A stretch of 64,000 nt of DNA from an uncultured Candidatus Saccharibacteria bacterium (lineage in GTDB: Bacteria; Patescibacteriota; Minisyncoccia; Phycocordibacterales; JACNGX01). Below, piece by piece: positions 57,938-64,000 of the stretch; the stretch's first letter is position 1; each line of letters opens with the position of its first letter. The notes beneath the pieces were generated by a model. That model saw only the letters and a program-made list of their open reading frames with translations. It made no database searches and was not told the origin of the DNA. The stretch lies in NCBI GenBank assembly GCA_964621395.1, contig CAZULS010000002.1, forward strand, positions 170,252 to 234,251, given 5' to 3'. A program made the translations under genes and the position numbers.

Positions 57938-58342
57938 CTAATGTGTTTTCAGTGCAGTACTGAGTTTCTTCAATGTGTGTTTGAGGCTTCCGTCGAGGAG
58001 GCGATTTTCATATCGGAGGGTAACGCCGCCAAGAAGCGACATGTCTGTCTTCTCAGAGAGCTCAACGAAAGTAGCATTCGTCTTTTCTTTTACATACTCC
58101 GTAATAATATGCTTCTCGCTTTCCGAGAGCTCTTTCGCTGAAGTAACATGAGCATGAACCCTTCCCTCTTCTCTATCATATAAGCGCCGAAGAGCCTCAA
58201 GAATTTCGTCTGCATACGGCAACATCATGTCTTCGGAGAGCACAGTGCAAAAACGGCTGAGAACCTCGGCACGTTCCTCACCGCCTTCTTCGAGGGCGGC
58301 TTTGAGTGCGCGGGCATAATATTGTGGGCTCGGTTTTTTCAT
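57938..58342 (-). CDS. atpH: F1 ATP synthase delta (OSCP) subunit
   Basis: 134 aa. Sits between atpF and atpA. The C-terminal LLGGVTLRYENRLLDGSLKHTLKKL is OSCP-like. Confidence 0.7.
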   Translation of the reverse strand: MKKPSPQYYARALKAALEEGGEERAEVLSRFCTVLSEDMMLPYADEILEALRRLYDREEGRVHAHVTSAKELSESEKHIITEYVKEKTNATFVELSEKTDMSLLGGVTLRYENRLLDGSLKHTLKKLSTALKTH

Positions 58343-58397
58343 AATTCAGTAAGTCAGTACATGAGGAGGGTAGTATGAATCGCCGCTTCGCGGCTCT

Positions 58398-58889
58398 TTA
58401 TGATTCATTACGAATCTCTTCTACAAGACTCTTTTGGGTTTCCGAATCGAGTTTTCCCAATACTTTTTCCAAAGAAAGCACCACTAAATCAGCGGTCTCT
58501 TCGCGAAGCTCGTTTTTCAGCTGTTTTCTTTCCTCTTCCATGCGAGCATGTTCTTTTTCTGCCTCACGCTGCATGTCTTCTTTCATTTCCGTGAGTGCCG
58601 CGACACGGTTCTTTTCCGCGTCTTCCCGTGTTTTTTCGAGGAGTGCATGTGCCTCTTTTTTCGCTTCAGCAAGCTTTTCTTCGTACCCACTGTGTGCTTT
58701 TTTCAGCTGTTCGTCGGCCGCTTGGGCGTCTGCAATTCCTTTCTCTACTTTTTTGGTACGTTCCTCAAGAACATGTGTGAGCGGCTTCACTACAAAGAAA
58801 TACAAAACAGCCAAGACAATGGCAAAGTTGATTACTTGGGCAATGAGAAGCCCGACATCAATGTGAAATGATTCGACGATTGGATTCAT
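58398..58889 (-). CDS. atpF: Fo ATP synthase b subunit
   Basis: 163 aa. One N-terminal TM helix followed by a long charged coiled coil. Confidence 0.8.
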   Translation of the reverse strand: MNPIVESFHIDVGLLIAQVINFAIVLAVLYFFVVKPLTHVLEERTKKVEKGIADAQAADEQLKKAHSGYEEKLAEAKKEAHALLEKTREDAEKNRVAALTEMKEDMQREAEKEHARMEEERKQLKNELREETADLVVLSLEKVLGKLDSETQKSLVEEIRNES

Positions 58890-59094
58890 ACGAGAGCTTA
58901 TAGCTGATAGCTTTTAGCTTATAGGCGCGCGCTTCGCGCGCAGTTTTTATCGTTATGAGTTTCGAGCAAGTGGTTTACACCCTTATCCGGGGAAAATTCG
59001 AGAAGTTGTTAGTTTTTAGTGAGTAGTTGGTAGTGCCGCGCGAGCGAAGCTCGCGCGGCTTTTATCGTTTATAGTTTTTCGTTTAATCGTTCAC

Positions 59095-59515
<421 letters not shown>

Positions 59516-59599
59516 GTTGATTAAGTAATAAAAGCGTATGATACGCACGGAAACGTGTCTCATGCGGGACACACGCTTTCGTTCGTACCACTCCTTCTT

Positions 59600-59785
59600 A
59601 GAGCCTGTTCACAATCTCAACGGAATTGAATGAATAAAAATTTCCTTGTCGGCTGATATGCCCATATACCGGCTGCAAATCGCTCAAAACGTCTCGAAGT
59701 ACGAGAGTACTCCATCAACGTTTTTTACGATTTTCGCTCGGTATATGGGCATATCACGCACGACATGAGATTATGAACAGGCTCT
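59600..59785. mobile_element. MITE-like foldback element, family A copy 4 (inverted orientation)
   Basis: 186 bp, the reverse complement of copy 3 (96-98 percent identical by eye). It is in tandem with the family-B element inside the atpB-atpE spacer. Confidence 0.7.
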
Positions 59786-59819
59786 TAAAAAAGAAAATGC
59801 TGATAATCCAAAGGGATTA

Positions 59820-60704
59820 TCAGTGTCCTTCGGAGGTGTGAATTGTCAAATACGACAGCACCAATATAGCAAAAATGGCAGCCTGAATCAAACCGACCAA
59901 TACCTCCAAAAAGAGGAATGGTAAGGGTAGTCCAAACGCCAATATCGCCGACATCGAAGCCAGGAGCACTTCCCCGGCAAAGATATTTCCAAAGAGACGA
60001 AAGGAAAGACTGGCCACCTTGGCGAACTCTCCAATAATCTCCACCAAACCGACAAATACATTAATCGGATTCACGATGAGCACAGTCGGATCTTTCTTTA
60101 CCTGGGCAGGAATAGCAAGCAGTGCATCAATATTGATGAATGTATTGAAGTGTTTCCACGCCCCCACGGCAATCACACCAAAAATATGGCTTACCACCAC
60201 GCCGATAATAGCGAGTGCGAGCGTGGTATTGAGGTCGGCGCTTCCTCCACGGAGAAATGAGATAAAGGTGTCGTGTCCGTCGACGGACGCAATATAGCCG
60301 ATTGAGCCCACACCCGGGATAAGGCCGAGCCAATTATTAAGCAGAATAAAGAGAAAGAGTGCAAAAACAATCGGGAAGAATGTGAGAGATTTCTTTTTAT
60401 CGCCCGTTACCGAATCGACGATGCCAAGTGCGCTTTCAATCACGAGTTCGAAAAAGCCTTGGAGTTTACCGGGCACCTCTTTTACTGAACGCCTTACGCC
60501 AATACCGATAATCAGAATGACAACAACAACAATCCATGAGGTAAAAAGTGCATTGGTAATTTCAAAGCCACCAATTTCGGCAATAGGCTCTGCGGCAAGA
60601 GAGTGAGCGTGTTCCCCATGCGACTCCCCCTCATGAAGAGCCGCCCCCTCATGGGAGGCGTCATATGCGTGTGTGTCTGTGGAGAGGGCTGTTTCTTCGG
60701 GCAT
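59820..60704 (-). CDS. atpB: Fo ATP synthase a subunit
   Basis: 294 aa. Multiple TM helices with the conserved Arg region RLFGNIFAGEVLL. The N-terminal 60 aa are His/acidic-rich. Confidence 0.85.
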   Translation of the reverse strand: MPEETALSTDTHAYDASHEGAALHEGESHGEHAHSLAAEPIAEIGGFEITNALFTSWIVVVVILIIGIGVRRSVKEVPGKLQGFFELVIESALGIVDSVTGDKKKSLTFFPIVFALFLFILLNNWLGLIPGVGSIGYIASVDGHDTFISFLRGGSADLNTTLALAIIGVVVSHIFGVIAVGAWKHFNTFINIDALLAIPAQVKKDPTVLIVNPINVFVGLVEIIGEFAKVASLSFRLFGNIFAGEVLLASMSAILAFGLPLPFLFLEVLVGLIQAAIFAILVLSYLTIHTSEGH

Positions 60705-60706
60705 AG

Positions 60707-60961
60707 TTAGACTGTATCCTCATCGTCCTTTTTCTGTTCGCCATCCATACGGCGAAACTCGGCAAAAGCGATACGAGCGATACCAACAACCGATATGATA
60801 AAGGAAAGCCCTAAAATAAGCAAGAAAAGCCACGGAGCAGTGCCGTATTTCTCATCAAGCCACGTACCTAAAAGCCCGCCAGCTATAGCGGGCACCAGAA
60901 TCCAGCCGGTCATTGCGCCAAGTAGGCGCGGAATCGTTGTGTACATTTTCGTGTACTTCAT
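60707..60961 (-). CDS. AtpZ/AtpI-like small membrane protein preceding the atp operon
   Basis: 84 aa, 2 TM helices, position 5' of atpB. Assigned by position and topology only. Confidence 0.45.
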   Translation of the reverse strand: MKYTKMYTTIPRLLGAMTGWILVPAIAGGLLGTWLDEKYGTAPWLFLLILGLSFIISVVGIARIAFAEFRRMDGEQKKDDEDTV

Positions 60962-60972
60962 ACCCTTTTTCT

Positions 60973-61014
60973 AGAACCGGTCTCACTGAAAAGATTTTCA
61001 GTGAGACCGGTTCT
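60973..61014. terminator. perfect 19-bp hairpin terminator (agaaccggtctcactgaaaa..ttttcagtgagaccggttct)
   Basis: Read directly. It lies between the upstream surface-protein gene and the atp operon. Confidence 0.6.
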
Positions 61015-61024
61015 GTTGTCATTA

Positions 61025-62758
61025 TTATTTCACTGCTCGTGTGATGTCTTTCAATTCTTTTTGAATGTATTCATGAGCATCCTTCAGATTTTTCTTCATT
61101 CGTCGCATGACCAAACTCTCCTCTTTGGTGAGCTTTCTGCTCTTTCGTGCTTTCTCCAACACACTGCGCTGTTCTTCCAAATCTTCCACGAGTAAGGCGA
61201 ATGCTTTTTTGAGCGCGTCCTCAGCTTCAGACACCTCCCTCCTTAAGGCCGCTCGCCAGAGAATGAATCGATGCCACGCATAATACAGGAGTGCAATAAG
61301 AGCCAATACAAGCACAACAAGCGGCACAAGGACTGCCATGACATGTATTGCTCGGTTTCCGAATTTCATAAGTGCCGTTTGTTCCACCGCAACGGTAACT
61401 CGTCCGGACGGCATACTGCGGGCACCGCGCGTGTCAATTACCTCGGCCCATATGGTACAGAGTCCTTGTTCAGCTCGTTTCTCCGCGACAAAGACAAAGT
61501 TTCCTGATTCGTCGTTGGTCACTCTGTATGATACAACATCTCTATTTCCTTGTTGTACAAAGACTTCCGTGGTGCCTCCCGGGTATAGAGTTTCGCCTTT
61601 TACCACTAGAAATTCTCCCTCAATAAGCTGACGAGTGTACTCGGTAATACGCGGTGTCTCAAGCGAATCAATACTAAATTCAGCGGATCGACTGATACTG
61701 TTTCCCGCTGCGTCCGTCGCACGGACAATCATAATGTAATCGCCGGGGGGAAGAGCAGGTGTTTCATATATATTACTTCCATCGTTTACCCACATCTCGG
61801 TGACATCACCGTTGATAATGATGTCATAGTGATCGATACCGGACATCGTGTCTTCGGCATCAAAGACAAACGCGCGAGTCGGCGAGGTTGGGTCGCTTGT
61901 TTCGACGGGAGTTATTGAAAGTGACGTCGGCGGTTGTGTGTCAATACGAAAACGTGTATGCCCCACACTTCCCCAGCCACTTGTGTCGTGGAACTGCACA
62001 TGCATGTACCACTCACCGTCCTCCATGTCAGGAACCTCTTTTGTATCAATTGGCGGTGTGTAGACAACACTTGGCGTTGAACGAGACGAATCATCAACCA
62101 AAAGACGAACCTTGTCTACGTTGGAAGAAAGGTTCCAGGAAAACGTAGCGGTACGGACAGCATACCACTTCGACGGATCAGGATGCGTACTTGAGACAAC
62201 ATCGGGCGCACCGGGTCCTCCGGCGGTACTTGGTGTTGAAGAAACAGGAACAGCGGGTGATTCACCTGAGAATATATACGATGCTCCCGACACATCCGAG
62301 AGAATATTGGTACCAAGACCATCATTTGCCAGCACTGAACTTTGAGAAAAACGAATTGGCACAGATCCGACCGCCGTTGCTCGTGCGGTGACGCGAAGTA
62401 AGTGTCCGTTTCTGCCTTGGAAGCCGGGATTAAGCACAATACCTTCAAATGAAACCGTGCCACTCGTATTGGAAAAAGACGGTTCCTGTACCCATAAATC
62501 AAACAGAGATGCTGTTTTCGACACAGACAGCACTTTCATTTTATCGGACGGAAAGCTGATACTGCCGGAAACGGCGTTCATTGCTCTGTCGACACTGTCG
62601 ACATACACGGTAAATGAAAACGTATCGCCGACCGTATAATTCCGATCCGACGGCGAGAGTACAAGCTCGGCGGCATGCGCCGCAAACGGAGTGAGGTATA
62701 GAATACAGGCAATGGAAATGCTTGCTACGACGTGTGAGGAGAATATCGTTCTTTCCAT
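61025..62758 (-). CDS. surface protein with N-terminal cohesin-like beta-sandwich domain and C-terminal TM anchor/coiled coil
   Basis: 577 aa. A signal peptide, then SISFPSDKMKVLSVSKTASLFDLW (cohesin-like), Ser/Thr/Pro linkers, a TM helix at about residue 480 and a basic coiled-coil tail. Confidence 0.55.
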   Translation of the reverse strand: MERTIFSSHVVASISIACILYLTPFAAHAAELVLSPSDRNYTVGDTFSFTVYVDSVDRAMNAVSGSISFPSDKMKVLSVSKTASLFDLWVQEPSFSNTSGTVSFEGIVLNPGFQGRNGHLLRVTARATAVGSVPIRFSQSSVLANDGLGTNILSDVSGASYIFSGESPAVPVSSTPSTAGGPGAPDVVSSTHPDPSKWYAVRTATFSWNLSSNVDKVRLLVDDSSRSTPSVVYTPPIDTKEVPDMEDGEWYMHVQFHDTSGWGSVGHTRFRIDTQPPTSLSITPVETSDPTSPTRAFVFDAEDTMSGIDHYDIIINGDVTEMWVNDGSNIYETPALPPGDYIMIVRATDAAGNSISRSAEFSIDSLETPRITEYTRQLIEGEFLVVKGETLYPGGTTEVFVQQGNRDVVSYRVTNDESGNFVFVAEKRAEQGLCTIWAEVIDTRGARSMPSGRVTVAVEQTALMKFGNRAIHVMAVLVPLVVLVLALIALLYYAWHRFILWRAALRREVSEAEDALKKAFALLVEDLEEQRSVLEKARKSRKLTKEESLVMRRMKKNLKDAHEYIQKELKDITRAVK

Positions 62759-63588
62759 ATGAGATGAACACCAAGTATGATGATTACTATCAGTATACCA
62801 AAGAGAACGTACCCCGTCTTATCGCGAGTGAGGATAACTTCACGTGTATTACCATTGCCATCGACAGCAATGACTGTCATGTCAGTGGGCAGCCACCTTT
62901 GTTTGACTCTGTACGGACTTTCAACACGAAGACAACCATATCCGAATTCGCACACTTGATAATGATCAATACCGCTGCCTTTATCTTGGGTGGCGAAGAG
63001 AAGTGTCGGTGCTCCATTGAACAACGATGCATCCCAAACGAGCTCCGGAGTAAAAAGCTCCGGAGGTTCGCGATCGGTGAGCGTCGCAGGGCGATCCGGC
63101 TCTGAGGCATGGGGAGTCCAGGGAAGTACCGACACTTCGTAGGGAGAAACGGACACATCCGCTTCCGTGCCGTGTCCGTCGTGAAGAAGAACGCGACACG
63201 ATTCACACATGATTGGTGCTTTTTTTGCGGCGACACCATGTGCCACGACGGAAAGAAGAATACTCTCTTTGGTATTAAATCCGCCCGGCGTGATGCCTGA
63301 GAACACAACGCCACTTTCCTCGACATGTGGTTCTTCAATCCAGAAATTGATAATAGAATTAGCGTCTACCACACGGGTTATTGCCAACGCTTCAGGATCA
63401 AACATAATTGTGCCCTCCACCGCATTGACTGTCTCCCCTTCCGTATCAATAACGACACGGAATATCTGTTCATCATATACGCGCATGGGACCATATTCCG
63501 GCACGACCCACATATGCGCGGCGAAAAGCTGTGCGGGCACAGTGCACAACAAAAAGAAAAAGAAGAATGTGGTATAAAAGTAGGTCAT
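62725..63588 (-). CDS. paralogous surface protein with cohesin-like domain and C-terminal TM anchor
   Basis: 287 aa. A signal peptide, then GTIMFDPEALAITRVVDANSIINFW. There is a C-terminal TM helix. Confidence 0.5.
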   Translation of the reverse strand: MTYFYTTFFFFFLLCTVPAQLFAAHMWVVPEYGPMRVYDEQIFRVVIDTEGETVNAVEGTIMFDPEALAITRVVDANSIINFWIEEPHVEESGVVFSGITPGGFNTKESILLSVVAHGVAAKKAPIMCESCRVLLHDGHGTEADVSVSPYEVSVLPWTPHASEPDRPATLTDREPPELFTPELVWDASLFNGAPTLLFATQDKGSGIDHYQVCEFGYGCLRVESPYRVKQRWLPTDMTVIAVDGNGNTREVILTRDKTGYVLFGILIVIIILGVHLIWKERYSPHTS

Positions 63589-63589
63589 A

Positions 63590-63985
63590 TTATCCCGTCC
63601 AGTGATATGCCATGATACTGAAGTCTACGAATGTGACAGCACCGTCGCCGTTTAGGCGTTCGCCTTCTGTGATGAAGAACGCATCACTGAGCACACGTTT
63701 GTACCAATATGCGGCAATAGAGAAATCAACGAAGTTTACCCTGTCGTCGTAATTGACATCGCCTATAAGAAAACCCCCTGCCCTTTTGAGAACTGTCTGA
63801 TTACCCACGAGAAAAGCAACAAGCTGGCTTTCCGAACTCACACTCACCCCGTCCACCGTCTTGGAGCGGGTATGATGCTGCCCTTTTTCAAGCGATGATG
63901 TGTCGAATTGATATATGTAGGCACCAATGTCGTCAGTTTCCGTATTGACGAATACCGGATTACTTGATGCAACCATGATGGACAC
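63590..63985 (-). CDS. dockerin-domain protein, C-terminal part (ORF remains open to the window edge; true start probably beyond 64000)
   Basis: Two dockerin-like Ca-binding repeats, GDVNYDDRVNFVDFSIAAYW and LNGDGAVTFVDFSIMAYHW, at the C-terminus. Confidence 0.5.
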   Translation of the reverse strand: MSIMVASSNPVFVNTETDDIGAYIYQFDTSSLEKGQHHTRSKTVDGVSVSSESQLVAFLVGNQTVLKRAGGFLIGDVNYDDRVNFVDFSIAAYWYKRVLSDAFFITEGERLNGDGAVTFVDFSIMAYHWTG

Positions 63986-64000
63986 ATCTGATTCGGGTAT

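Overview
The 64-kb window is densely coding and most genes lie on the minus strand. Gene content, small gene size and several protein types common in such genomes (SipW-cognate TasA/camelysin-like proteins, a lamin-tail-domain protein, cohesin/dockerin-like proteins, many orphan membrane proteins) suggest a Patescibacteria/CPR-like bacterium; this is inference. Recognisable housekeeping genes: a partial rplI, ctpA (S41 peptidase), corA, cysS, dnaB, recR, rplU, rmuC, a P-type cation ATPase, mnmA, mltG, leuS, ychF, a CDA-fold deaminase, a REC-REC-PAS-histidine-kinase operon, a cation/proton antiporter, and a complete F1Fo ATP synthase operon (atpZ-like, atpB, E, F, H, A, G, D, C). One tRNA-Ala(UGC) is present, flanked by two half-tRNA copies; there is no rRNA and no CRISPR array. 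Accessory or unusual content: (1) a 1137-aa LeuRS that keeps its CP1 editing domain but carries two extra inserted domains, an alpha/beta serine hydrolase and a Nudix hydrolase; (2) a sipW signal peptidase with three SipW-cognate TasA-like secreted proteins and other large acidic surface proteins; (3) cohesin-like and dockerin-like surface proteins at the 3' end of the window; (4) an island-like stretch next to the tRNA with a Fic protein, an AbrB/MazE-like regulator and several orphan genes that each have their own promoter and terminator; (5) a very high load of repeats. These include two foldback MITE-like families of about 190 bp with 20-bp terminal inverted repeats (four copies and two copies, two of them in tandem inside the atpB-atpE spacer), at least six families of 25-70 bp palindromic REP-like elements, in-frame palindromic 'PAEAG' repeats inside surface-protein genes, and recurrent leader motifs abutting start codons. 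All calls come from reading the sequence and ORF translations; no database search was possible.
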